Source of the DNA: Strigamia acuminata
Taxonomy: Eukaryota
Direction of reading: 5' to 3'
Length of the DNA: 64,000 nt
Assembly: GCA_949358305.1 (NCBI GenBank)
Contig: OX442314.1
Span: forward strand, 12,090,001-12,154,000
The first letter of the stretch is position 1. The number at the start of each line of letters is the position of its first letter. A model generated the notes under the pieces. The model was not told the DNA's origin, did not search any database, and saw only the letters and a program-made list of their open reading frames with translations. The translations under genes and the position numbers were made by a program. Shown piece after piece: positions 36,101 through 48,229 of the stretch.

Positions 36101-39100
36101 TGCCCTCTCGAACTCGCCGATACCAATCACGTGCAGCGTGTTTAAACTAACCGAATCCCAAACACGAATGTGTGGCTGCAAAACCAAAATAAATAACGTC
36201 AATAAACAAGAAAAAAATATTGAATAAAACTAACAAAAACATGCATGGAAAACAATAATAAACCAACCTTTACCATAACAGCTCTCTTAATATTAAATGG
36301 AAGACGAAACGATTGATTGATTAGTAAATATTATAGTTATTAATTTCTCAAACCTCTCCACTTTAACTTACCCTGTTATCACGACGATCGTGACCCGCTA
36401 CCTGACCGGTAGCAACTAATAGTTTGTTTGGATGGAGTGTAAGGCTAAGAAGAAACAATTTCGCTTTAATCAATTGAATAAATCGTTAAAAATATTTTTT
36501 CTTTACCATTTCACATCGTCCGTGTGCCCCATGTAATGCCTTTGCATTTGGTCTTCAACATTATACAAAACTACGACAGCAGCGATGAAATATACTATTT
36601 CTCCAGTTGGTAATAAATAGAGGTTATTACGGCAGTCACGGCCCCGATAGCCGTATCTTATATTCGATTAAAGACTTATTTTTTGATTTTATCTAATTTT
36701 TGTTTAAAATTAAAATGAAAAAGATACATCCAGTCAAGTTTGAGACGTTCCGTCGGCAGACTATTCACTTTATTAAGGCTGAAATCTTGTAAACAACTTG
36801 AAGGCGCGTACATGACGATCGGTCTGCCCCTTAAATACATCTTCAAGTAACCTTCCTCTGAAAAAGAGTTAAAAATTCAATATTCCGCATTGCAAACGTT
36901 ACAATTTTAACCAACCTGAATTATAAACAGCCTCTTTCGTGCTATTCGAGTGAAATTAAAAGAAAATCATTAGGAAAAATATGTTAAAAGAACCCAGTCA
37001 TCGTATAAAAACAAAAGAAATAAAATAAAATAAAGAAAATGCATATTTAAGCAACGCATTACCCATGTCGTGAATTGTTGGCAGAAGATAACTTGACATT
37101 AACATGCAGATTTAACATTGATCCACTAATAGTGCGTCTAGAAATATAATAGCCATTAAAAGAAAATATAAGTAAAAAAAATAAAATAAAACCATAAATG
37201 AATGCGATTGGTGCGATCAAATGATACAAAAAGAATGAGCGTGCATTCTCAAACACCAAAATGAAGACAAAAAATGAGCGCATGCAAGTTTGAGTCGCGA
37301 GGAGATGCTCGTATGCACCTCTGAGTAGCGATGTGAGACGGAACGGCGTTGAAGTCTTGAGTTGACGACCATTTCTTGAGGTTGTTGGTGCTGTGAGTGC
37401 TGATCTGAAGATGGGTTGGCGCTCTGCTGGGAGACGGCGTGTGTCGCGGGGAAGGGGAACTGCGCATGGACGACGGAGAAGGGCTGGGAATTGGGGAAAC
37501 AGAGTTGGAACTAAGACCATCACTCTGCAAGGAGTTGTTGGAATGGTAATGAGACCGTCTGGGAGTGTTGACTGTCGGCGCGGCGCTTCGACGAGCTGCG
37601 TGCTGCGGGGGCATCATCTGTCCACTGGTCGCGTGGCCATCTTTTAACGCACCAACGTGGTTGGATATAGCAACTAAAAAATAAATTAAAAATGTTGAAA
37701 ATTAATAACGATAATCTTTGTTTACAACCGATCGAGGATCAAATTAGGCCTATATTTGTATTAGGCCTAAATTGAATGATTATTTCCTGCGTTATTAATT
37801 AAATAGTTTCCTTTTCGCGGAACGGAAAAGAGTATTTAATCGAGATGAAATCGACATTAGAAAAAGCAAAAATTGATTTTTAGTTACAAATATGTTTACA
37901 CAAAAAATGGGTTACAAATATTTGACTGCATATTTAACTTAACCTCGATTCGGTGTTGATGACATTTTAAAAGCTATACACCCAAAAATTCGTATTCAAA
38001 TGGGCACAATTCGAAAAAATCAAACAAAAAAATTTTAAAAAAATTAAATGCCAGTGTTGAGAAAGCAGTCTGAATGTTAATCAGGCTGTGGTAAAAAGTT
38101 TAACCTTGTCCTTTAAAGCAATAACGGAAGGTATCATTCCATTTTAATAATAATAAACTCGACTGTAGCAACTAACAGCAAGTAAGCGCGGCCCAATTTT
38201 ACATCTCTAGACCTATTAGCCTCAATTTATTCGTTACGGGCGAATGGAAGGCAATAAAGCTAATATGATGGGTCAGGATGAGAGAAAACATTTTGGCACT
38301 GACATACATTTTATTTCATTTACAGACACAAAAAACAATCGTGTTCGAATAATTAATTTAACAACACATTTTTTTCTCGCTCGGGTTAACTTATAACTAA
38401 TTAAATGATTAAATGTCTATATAAAAAAAGGACCTTGAATTATAACCCGATGTCAAGGACCCCACTGCCCGAAATCATCATAAAAACCCTCAAAAGATTT
38501 CGAGAAATACCGGTATTCAAATTCACTCGTTTGTGATGGAAAAGTGCTGCGAATTCACTTGTTTTTACCGTATTTACACAAAAACTCGTCTTTTTTTTCC
38601 ATTTGACGTACAACCGAGTATTTTTCACACCTTTTTTCAGCTTCGTAAATGAACTCAGCAGAAAATAACGAGCGTGTATTGCTTTTTTTGGTTAATTCTC
38701 ACCTGCTAATGACTCCTTACAAACTGATTGACCCATCCTGCCAACTCATCATACGCAAATATTACAAATGACGCTGACAAAATTACCCAAACTATTCGCA
38801 CGACTGTGTAAACTCTACCGGTAACCATGGCTAGTCGTTATAGAGATAGTACACTCCTACAAAACAAGTTAACCTACTAGATTGCACATCAGACGTCAAT
38901 ACATCTCCTCTTTCTAAGATTTTACGGTCGAAATGCATCGCAAAGTCAACGGCAGCCATTGTTAGCTTGCCCATGCGCACACATTTCACTCAAAAAACAT
39001 CGTAAAACGAATCTCAGTGCTCGAAAGACCGGTGTTTTTTATCCCAATGTGTTACGGACCAGTAAGCTAACATTGTTCTACCATACTCCGCGAATGCTCA

Positions 39101-41204
39101 TCAAATTTCTCCACAATCACGTCGATGGCATTGACTCATTCGCGGCCTTCCATCAAGAGTTGATCCACACTCTTCATCTTCAGAGTGTTGGAAAACTTCC
39201 GCTTTTGTTATTCAACAAGATCTTTTCAAACATTGAAATTACAAAATTCCTCAAACCATTCACCATTGAAACCAACCGAGTCATGCTGATATTCCTTATA
39301 CAAATATAAACATCATCAGATTCATCACCCTTTGCGCTTTTAACCCACATTCGGCACGATATTTCGTACCGACGAACACAAACAACGAGGAAAACGCAAT
39401 ATTTAACAGATTTCATTAACAAAAGCTGCCTTTATTTATGTATTTATAACATCGAGATAAAACTTAAGATAACAAATCACAATCGCAATTTTCTTTTCTC
39501 ACTAAAATATAACTAGACGCGTGAACCCTTTAATTAAACCCAATTAAAGTGGGTGTGCGCACCCAGTCTTACATATGTTACGCAATACACCTCCATTATC
39601 TATTTTACGTACAATGTTCAACCTGTAATTGAGATTTTTCACTTTTTTAATATATATATACCTGTTCCTCTTCCTTCTAAATTATTAAGTCTTCTAAGAA
39701 CGTCAGCCAAAGTACTTCGCAAGCAGACTATCTCGTCGGCCTGCTCGTGCACTTTCTTTTCCAGATCAGAAACCCTTTCTCTGAGCGTGTCGTTTTCATT
39801 AGTGATCATGTCATCTAAATCAACAAAAATGACGGGAGAAAAAAAAAAAAACAAGTTAGTTAAATAATAATAAATAATGATAAATAATGATAGTAATAAA
39901 AAATCACACACCCAAAAACACAATTACCTATTACTTCTAATGGTTTTCTTACGCAATTATTTAATTATGAAAAAAAAAATTTCAGACATATTTCTCACTT
40001 TTTTTGAGAATTTTTGGTTCCGACGTATGCGAAACCAAAACCCAAAATAAAAATGATTTTTCTATATCATTTAGGTCAAATGAATTAAATCTAATCGATT
40101 TAATCAGTAGTTTTATCATTTTTTTAAATGAAAAAGTAAATAATTTCGATTATTTAACTCTTACTCCAAGCTTGATAAACAGAATCCATTTCGCTAACAT
40201 CATCCAATGTGGAACAGTCTTCCATGACGGGTATTTCGAGCGCACCGGAGTTAGCGGCCGCACTTCTGCCGCTGTGCATCATCGCTCCTCCGCAGAAACG
40301 ACAATGCCGGCGAGAGGATTAGATGGGGAGTGCGGGATTAAATAAAAAAATTCTCCGCCGCCAACGCACTGTGGAATATGTATAATCGTGTTTTGGTCCT
40401 TGAAAGGAATAGGCCACGTCTTGTCATTGTATCAAACCCTCAACGAGTTCACAGATACGACTCAGTAGCCATTTCCTGTGCTCTCTCTACGCTCGCCCAA
40501 AATGACACTCTCGAACCAGGCGCTGTTCGTTCTCGATTTCAATAAAGAAAGAACAAGTGTTTACTGCATGAGATCAATATTTACCCGATAAAACTCGTTT
40601 GGGAAAAGTGGATGCTAATTTTTTTTGATGAAATAAAATTATTTTGATGTCGAATGAGGAAAAAAAATTACAATTTTTATTAATAAAAACGTTAAATATG
40701 GAGTAAAAATCCGAAATTTGAAGCGCTTTCAAGCGTGACATCCTCGCACATTGCAATATCCTGACGATGAATAAGTGCGAGGGAAATTTATCAGATGGAT
40801 GAAACGATTGGGAGAATAAGGTTTCTTTCTTTATTTCCATTTCTTTCTTTGCCAAAAGCCGATTCTAATTGATTTATGTGTGGGCATGACATTCCAAATT
40901 CGGTATACGAAGGGTTACCATAATCTGATGACTCTTGGCCTGTATCCATGTCACGTGACCTTAAGAATGTTTCAAAAATCATCACTTCATAAACTCTCAA
41001 ATCCCCAAAAAATATTTCAAGAGGAATAAACGAAATAAATCTTTTAAAAAATAATAAAAATACAAAAAAATAAAAGTTTCTACATTTTTTTTGGGTTTTT
41101 TTTTTACCTGCGGACGACGCGGTTGGTGAAGAAAACATCTCGGAAGACATTTGCATTTCCGATTGATCTTCGATTTCTCCTTCGCCTTCGCCGTTGATTC
41201 TCAT
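33131..41204 (-). CDS. EML: Echinoderm microtubule-associated protein-like (EML1-4 type: coiled coil, HELP, WD40/TAPE), many exons, alternative N-termini
   Basis: Coiled-coil exon LRERVSDLEKKVHEQADEIVCLRSTLADVLRRL, HELP motif EGYLKMYLRGRP...LKLDWIYGYRG, GHTEELWGLAIHP, GHSSFITHLDW and GHSSHVT..F. Stop at 33131-33133. Confidence 0.93.
35900..36045. repeat. Intronic 30-bp minisatellite
   Basis: AATTTAAAAACACAAAAATTTCAATTTTTC x~4.5 in an EML intron. Confidence 0.85.
36657..36727 (-). other. U12-type (minor spliceosome) GT-AG intron in EML
   Basis: The 5' splice site is GTATCTTT. A branch-site-like GTCTTTAAT sits ~10-19 nt before the AG, with no polypyrimidine tract. Removal restores LKLDWI|YGYRG. 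Confidence 0.8.
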
Positions 41205-41856
41205 TGTTTAAAGTTGGGAGATTAATGAATGAAGTTGGTGACAAGACGTGGCGTACTGGTGATCGGACACACCTCCTGCGCGGACCAGGCACATAGAATG
41301 TTTGTGCCAGTCTGGTGTGTAACGGACGGTCAAATGAGGCAAACGAGTGAATAAACAGCCCTTCCTTGCCCCAAGGAACGCGCGAGTTTATTTTTAATCC
41401 TTGGTATACCTGGACAGGTGCGAGGAACAGGTTGCGATCACGTGACTCGAGTCGTGACGTGAAATGAAATGGCGAGGAAAAATTCATTTTCTTGACCTTG
41501 TTGGGTGTTCGTTCGCTATTTTTAAACTCGGGATTTTTACATTCGATTTCCAGATGGAGATTTTTCGTGATTTTTCAATTTTTTAACATTGCGTCATGCC
41601 GGTTGTCATGGTAATGGAAATGAACCAATGAAAATTCCCAATGAGTCGTTGGAAGCGGTGCATCGTGGGATTTGGCGGAAACTTTGAAATTGAGTTTTTT
41701 TTTTATACAGGAAGTGGCGACACGCTTTGGGTAGGCCAACGAATTAACTTTTAAAAAATAATATTAAAAAAATGTATTTCTGAACGGTTGAAAGTTGTTT
41801 TAATTAAAATAATCTTTTGTGGAAAAAGGAACATGCGAGAAAGAAAGAAAACCAAA

Positions 41857-42449
41857 ATGGAGTCGAATAAGAAAATGGCGGAAAAATCAAACAGACGAGG
41901 AGTCGTTAAAAGAAGTCGCAAATTGACGTATTTAATCCGCAAATGTTTGAATGCGATTGAAATTGTAATGTGAATTGTTTATATAGGTACAAGCACAACA
42001 CCGTCAACGCAATAATTCGAACAATAACAAAAAAGTTGCCGGGCGGAAATGCGTTTTATCACACATCACGAGTACGTCTGGGTCCGCTGGCGTCTGGATA
42101 AGAATTTCTAATCGTTTATTTATTAACTGCATTTCTGTTTTTATCAGGTTCAAAACCTTCAACATATTATTCAATACGTGACGTATTTGGAAAGAAGCAT
42201 CGATCAAGTCAGTCGTGAGAAGAATTTATCTCTTGAATTTGATTATAAGATTTTGACCAAAGATTACGGTATTTCAGCGTAACTTAATTTAATTTATGTA
42301 ATTAACAATTAAATTCAACAGTTAGTCCGAGAGAATCAGATGATCATGTAGAAAATGTCATCGATAATTCATCATCTCCCAGTACCTGTACCAGTACTGC
42401 TACAACTACTTCCGGGTACGTTTCCGACGACTCCAAGTATGGAAATTAA
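41857..42449 (+). CDS. Small divergent bHLH-like protein (~134 aa); exons 41857(or 41833)-41927, 41987-42071, 42148-42268, 42322-42449
   Basis: Four phase-consistent exons with GT-AG introns give RRGVVKRSRKLTYKHNTVNAIIRTITKKLP-GGNAFYHT-SRVQNLQHIIQYVTYLERSIDQV. This reads as basic region, helix 1 ending LP, loop, and helix 2 with the L..I.YV.YL signature. Confidence 0.7.
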
Positions 42450-42741
42450 TGCAATTAATGCAAATTATGGGTAAGCGAAGTTTAAAATTATGAAAATTAT
42501 AAAAATTATTAAATTAATTATTTTTTTTTAATTTCAGATAATTATGAACCATTAATTAAATAATTTCGAATGATTTATTAACTTATTTTTAACCCAGTGC
42601 CATAAAATGTGTATTTTGTACTCACAAAAAGATTAAACAAAAGTTAATTGAAAAGATGCGAATTTTGTAAATAGTCAAATTGTCACCAGGTGTCGCGATG
42701 CGCCGTAATCTCTCAGCTCACGATTGATGCTTGCGTAAAGT

Positions 42742-44503
42742 ATGATGCGGGATGCAAGGCACTCCACTTCCTACATACCCGTCTTCGTCATGACTGCCAG
42801 CTATCTCCGTGTTATGTCTTTATCAAGGCTGCTTGGTCCGAAGATAATTAACATTCCCGACACGTGTCACGTCGCAAAACAATTTTCATCCAAATTGAGC
42901 CGATCCGTCGACGTATTAGAGCATGACACGTCAATCAAGGCATTTAATTTCAATTAATTCAAATCTCCAACAACTGCAAGTTGCGTATTTTTATTTATTT
43001 AATTTATTTTCTAGACATCCCAACCATCGAGGAAGGAAATCCTTCCGTTTTCAGCATTTTTGACCGACAATTTCGGCCGAAAACACAATTATTTACGCAT
43101 TTCGTTAACGGAACGATGCAATTTGAGATGTGAGTAGCGAACAACAACACTTATATAACTCGATTTTGTCTGATCCTTGAATTGTCAAGGCCATTATTGC
43201 ATGCCCGCTGAAGGAGTCGAGTTAACGCCGAAAGAACGTTTACTCGCGACGTCGGAAATCGTAACCCTCGCGAAACTGTTCATCAACGAAGGCATCGATA
43301 AAATCCGTTTAACTGGTGGAGAACCTTTAATTAGATCTGATATAGTGGAGATTGTTGGTACGCTGCTATCTATTGGGAACGGACGGAAATTTAATCTCGT
43401 ATTTTGTTTATTTTTGCATTAAATTTCAATTTATTTGCAGGCGAATTGAAGAAAATTCCGGGATTGAAGTGGCTCGCCATGACCACTAACGGCATTGTGC
43501 TTAAAAGAAAATTATCCGCGCTTCGTCAAGCGGGACTGGATGCTTTAAATATCAGTTTAGATACTCTAATACCCGTGAAATTCGAATTCATTACTCGTCG
43601 GAATGGGTGGACAAAAGTTATCGAAGGAATTGATTCCGCTTTGGAATTGGGATACGATCCCGTTAAAGTAAAAAAAGAAGTTTCTTTTTATCTGGAATAA
43701 AATGTGAAGGCTCAATAGATTTGTAACTTTTTTTGTAGATAAACTGTGTCGTAATGCGGGGACTTAATGACGACGAGATAAGCGATTTTGTTGCGTTTAC
43801 GAAGGCCAAAGTAATTGCGGTAATTTTGTGCGTACATTAATTCGATTATCTATTTTGGTTTCTTTTCATTCATAGAAAGTGGACGTTCGTTTTATAGAAT
43901 ATATGCCTTTTGATGGGAATAAATGGAACGATAAAAAGATGGTGCCGTACCAGGAAATGTTGGGGATTATCAAGTCGAAATATCCGGAGATTAAACGGAT
44001 ACAAGATAAAGATAACGACACGTCGAAAGTATATTTTATTTTTTAATTTTGTTGTTGTGTTTATTAATTGATTGAGAATGATTTCAGGCGTACAAGGTTG
44101 ATGGGTTCGCGGGTCAAATTGGTTTCATCACTTCTATGAGTGAACATTTTTGTGGTTCTTGTAACCGACTTCGAATAACTGCTGATGGAAATCTCAAGGT
44201 TTTGTTTATTGGATTTGTTTATTGGATTTTAGATTTAAATCTGCGATTAAATGTCAGGTTTGTTTGTTTGGAAACTCCGAAGTTTCGCTTCGCGATGCCC
44301 TGCGATCGGGAGCGAGTGAAGACGAATTACTGTCGATCATCGGCGCTGCTGTCGGACGAAAGAAAAAGCAACACGCCGGTAGAAAATATTTGAAAATATT
44401 AAAAATTAACTTTTTCTATAATTTTTTTTTTTAAAAAATTGTTTCAGGAATGTTCGAACTTGCTAAAAGAAAAAACAGACCAATGATTCTGATTGGTGGG
44501 TGA
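42742..44503 (+). CDS. MOCS1: MOCS1A (MoaA, radical-SAM GTP 3',8-cyclase); start codon uncertain
   Basis: [29 protein letters not shown] (CxxxCxxC), [42 protein letters not shown] and the terminal [11 protein letters not shown] (44501-44503). Confidence 0.95.
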
Positions 44504-44644
44504 CTTATAGCTCAATTCTGTAAGAATTTATAAACGAACGTCTTTTTTGTATTTAGTACAACAAATTGGACATTTTAATTAAATAAGAGATTTGTGCCAA
44601 ATTTTGAATTTCAATTTTTTTCAATTTAAAATTTTTATTTCCAG

Positions 44645-45183
44645 ATTCATCTTACGTTAGAACTCCATTCCCATATTACTTTCCTAAAAGATGCGTGTCT
44701 TCCGATTGCAAATTAACTCACGTCGATGACCAGGGAAAAGTAAAAATGGTCGACGTGGCCGCCAAACCAGTGACCACGCGCACCGCATCCGCGCAGGCGG
44801 TCGTTCATTTAGGACAAAAATTGTTTGATTTAGTTGTAAACAACGAAATGAAGAAAGGCGACGTGTTGGCGACCGCTCAATTAGCTGGAATAATAGGAGC
44901 GAAGGAAACGAGTAGACTAATTCCTCTCTGCCACAACATCGCGCTGAATCAAGTGAACATCACTTGTAAATTAGTTCCTGAACGAGCTCAACTGATCATT
45001 GTTAGTACGGTGAAATGCGATGGTAAAACGGGAGTGGAAATGGAGGCCTTAACTGCTGTCTCTGTGGCAGCTTTAACCGTATACGACATGTGTAAAGGAG
45101 TGAGCAAATCGATCGAAATAAGTGAAATCAAACTGTTGACTAAAACTGGTGGCACGAGTGGCGACTTTTCGAGAATTAATTAA
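44645..45183 (+). CDS. MOCS1: MOCS1B (MoaC, cPMP synthase) exon, expressed as a spliced fusion to MOCS1A
   Basis: LTHVDDQGKVKMVDV, KKGDVL, GAKETSRLIPLCH, KTGVEMEALTAVSVAALTVYDMCK, KTGGTSGDF. Acceptor CAG ends at 44644. Confidence 0.95.
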
Positions 45184-45237
45184 CATTCCAACCTTTAATA
45201 TTTTTAATATTAGTTTACAAATTGTTGGCTATTTTTG

Positions 45238-48229
45238 CTACGTTAGTGTTTGTTTTTCGATTAATTTCTGGAACACTCCGTTTGTGATATTCATCAACTC
45301 GTCGTAGGGTCCCATTTCGACGATGACGCCGTCTTTGAAAACTGCAATGCTGTCGGCGCGAATGATCGTCGACAACCGATGTGCAATTGTGATGACCGTC
45401 CGTCCCCTCATTAGTTTATCGACCGCTTCTTGAACCAGGTGCTCGCTTTCGGCATCTAAAGCGCTGTAAAATGAATTATTATTTCACGTTTTCCGTGTAA
45501 ATCAATTGACTAAAACCTTGTGGCTTCGTCCAAAATCAAAATCGAGGGATTCTGTAATTAGAAAGATGTAAGAAAGAGAGAAATATATTGTAAAATGTGT
45601 TAATACTTTTAATATTGCTCGTGCAATTGCAATCCGTTGCCTTTGACCACCTGTAAATAAAGTTTTGGGTGTTTTAACTGAATTTTTATCTAGTATTTGT
45701 GGTGTTGTTACCTGATAACATGAGACCCTGTTGGCCAACCAAAGTGTTGAGTTTATCAGGAAAATTCTGTATGAAATCAAAAGCATTGGCCTCTCGACAG
45801 GCGGAAATAATTTCTTGATCAGTTGACGTGAGCTTGGCTCCATATAAAACGTTTTCTCTGATTGAGGACGAAAATAAAACCGGTTCTTGGCTTACTAGGC
45901 CTATTTGTGTTCGAACCCATTTCGGATCGAGTTCGTTCAGTTCTAATCCATCCACACAAATATTGCCTTGTAAAAAGAATTTTTATAAATAAAATAAACT
46001 AAAGCGGATAAAAATACATTAGGATTTCGTATTACCTCGTTGGGGATCGTAGAAGCGCAGTAATAGAGAAGCAACGGTCGATTTTCCCGAACCACTGCCA
46101 CCGACGATGGCCGTGATCGAACCAGCGGGAACGGATAAATTTAATCCGTTAAATATTTTCACTTCGGGTCGAGAAGGATAAGAAAAATGTACATTTTTAA
46201 ATTCAATTAGGCCAGGGCCGGACAATTTGGGTGTGAATCCACCTTGGAAACAAGAATTAGTCAGGTTTTAAGGGATATTCGTCGAGTTGTTTGAGGTACC
46301 TGACACCGGAATGGTTGGTTTCTTATCCAGGATTGTCCATAACTTAGTACTCGCACCGAGCCCCTTCATTAATTCAGAATAAAAACTAGTTAAACCTATT
46401 TGTAGTAGTAAAAGATGTTTTTAGGTATAGGTTTTATTGAATTTCTCACATTTTAACCTCCTAAGGAAAGTCCCAAGTATCCGGCGTACATAATAAATGC
46501 AGATAAATCTCCGACGGTAATTTGGGAATCTGTCATCATTGTGCCTCCGTAATACAATACGGTGAGTACGATCAAATTGCCACTTAATCCTGTCTAGAAG
46601 GATAATATCGTAAAGAATAAATTATTAACTCAATCTTGGTCGCCTAAGAAAGTGAATTTTCACCGAAAAAATTGTATTTTCACCGAAAAAATTGAATTTT
46701 CACCGAAAAAATTGAATTTTCACCGAAAAAATTGAATTTTCACCGAAAAAATTGAATTTTCACCGAAAAAATTGAATTTTCACCGAAAAAATTGAATTTT
46801 CACCGAAAAAATTGAATTTTCACCGAAAAAATTGAATTTTCACCGAAAAAATTGAATTTTCACCAATAAAAATTGTATTTTTACCAATAAAAATTGTATT
46901 TTCACCAAAAAAATTGTATTTTTACCAATAAAAATTGTATTTTCACCAATAAAAATTGTATTTTCACCGAAAAAAATTGAATTTTTACCAATAAAAATTC
47001 AATTTTCATAAAAAGTGTCAAAACTCTCGATTTTATCTGGTATTTTGGTGAAAGCCATTCATATACGAGACAACCATGCGTCCCGACAAACACGTACCAT
47101 TCCAAAGAAAACAGCTTTCGCTAAGGCTTCCTTATACTGAAGTTGTAAAACATCCCACAATTTTCTATCATATCTGGAACATTCAGTATACTCCTGAGCA
47201 AAAGCTCTCACCGTTCGAACATTTGAAATCCGCTCTTCAGTAATCTTTAAAAAAAAATTTAAAAAAATAAATAAAAATAATTGACAACAAAACACATTAA
47301 ATTCCAACACATTTTACTTGATTAGCTGCCGCCAATTCGTCTTGCACTTTGCGTGTAATAGTCCGCAAAAACCTGCCATACACAACAGCTAAAAGTGCAA
47401 CTGGTGTAACCGTGCACAGACCAACAAACGCTAAATTAGCGGATGTATAAACCATCATCGACACACTAGCTACGCTACTAGTTAACGACCGCAAACCGTC
47501 CGACAAGTTCTGTGTGAGTGAGTTCCCGACTAGAAATGCATCAGACGTCAACCGATTTATAAGTTCCCCGGTCTTGTTGTGATCAAAGAAATGCATTTCC
47601 TGACTCAGGACTGCTCTGAACATGTCATTTCGCAGTCGTTTCACAATCCTCTGACCTGAAACAAACGACAAAATTATTCATTTAGTCATATTTTCATTTA
47701 ATAAGAGAAAAAACTCGGTTTACCCGACGTTTGAATGATATAAACTCTCCCAAAATTCGCAACGGCACCAAGTATAAATGCAACAGCGAAAAAAGAGCAA
47801 ATGTATTGAATTTGTTCTTTCTTTTTATCAATATCATTGGAATAAATAGTGTCTATTAACTTCCCCATGCAGAATGGAACTGCGATAGTGACCGCACTGG
47901 AAATCACGAGCAGACAGCAAGCGCCTAAAAAAGTTAAAAAATGAAGTTATTTCGTTACTTTTTATTAGTTTTATCAATTATTAACCTGCTAATTTCCATT
48001 TTTCGGGTCTTGCCAATGTTAATAACCGTTTAAATTCATGTTTTGTATTTGTTTTTAGTTTATTACTACACAGAGTTGGCCTACAGGTACTGAACGAACG
48101 ATAAGTTTTCAGTATTAGTTTCTTTTTTAGGAATCGGCATTGCCTGAGATTTGTAGAAAGTTGCAGGGAGTATAAAATTGGTTTTGTTCGAATGATTGTG
48201 TTTGCAAAATACGAGTAAAAATGGATCAT
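45238..48229 (-). CDS. ABCB10: Mitochondrial ABC half-transporter ABCB10-like, multi-exon
   Basis: Basic presequence, [48 protein letters not shown], Walker [41 protein letters not shown]. Stop at 45238-45240. Confidence 0.93.
46650..47010. repeat. Intronic 20/21-bp minisatellite
   Basis: CACCGAAAAAATTGAATTTT tandem copies in an ABCB10 intron. Confidence 0.95.

Noticed and set aside
42913..42945. Possible GC donor AAG|GCATTT in MOCS1A exon 1
   Set aside because: An in-phase GT donor (GAC|GTATTA) exists 27 nt upstream, so a GC-AG intron is not required.
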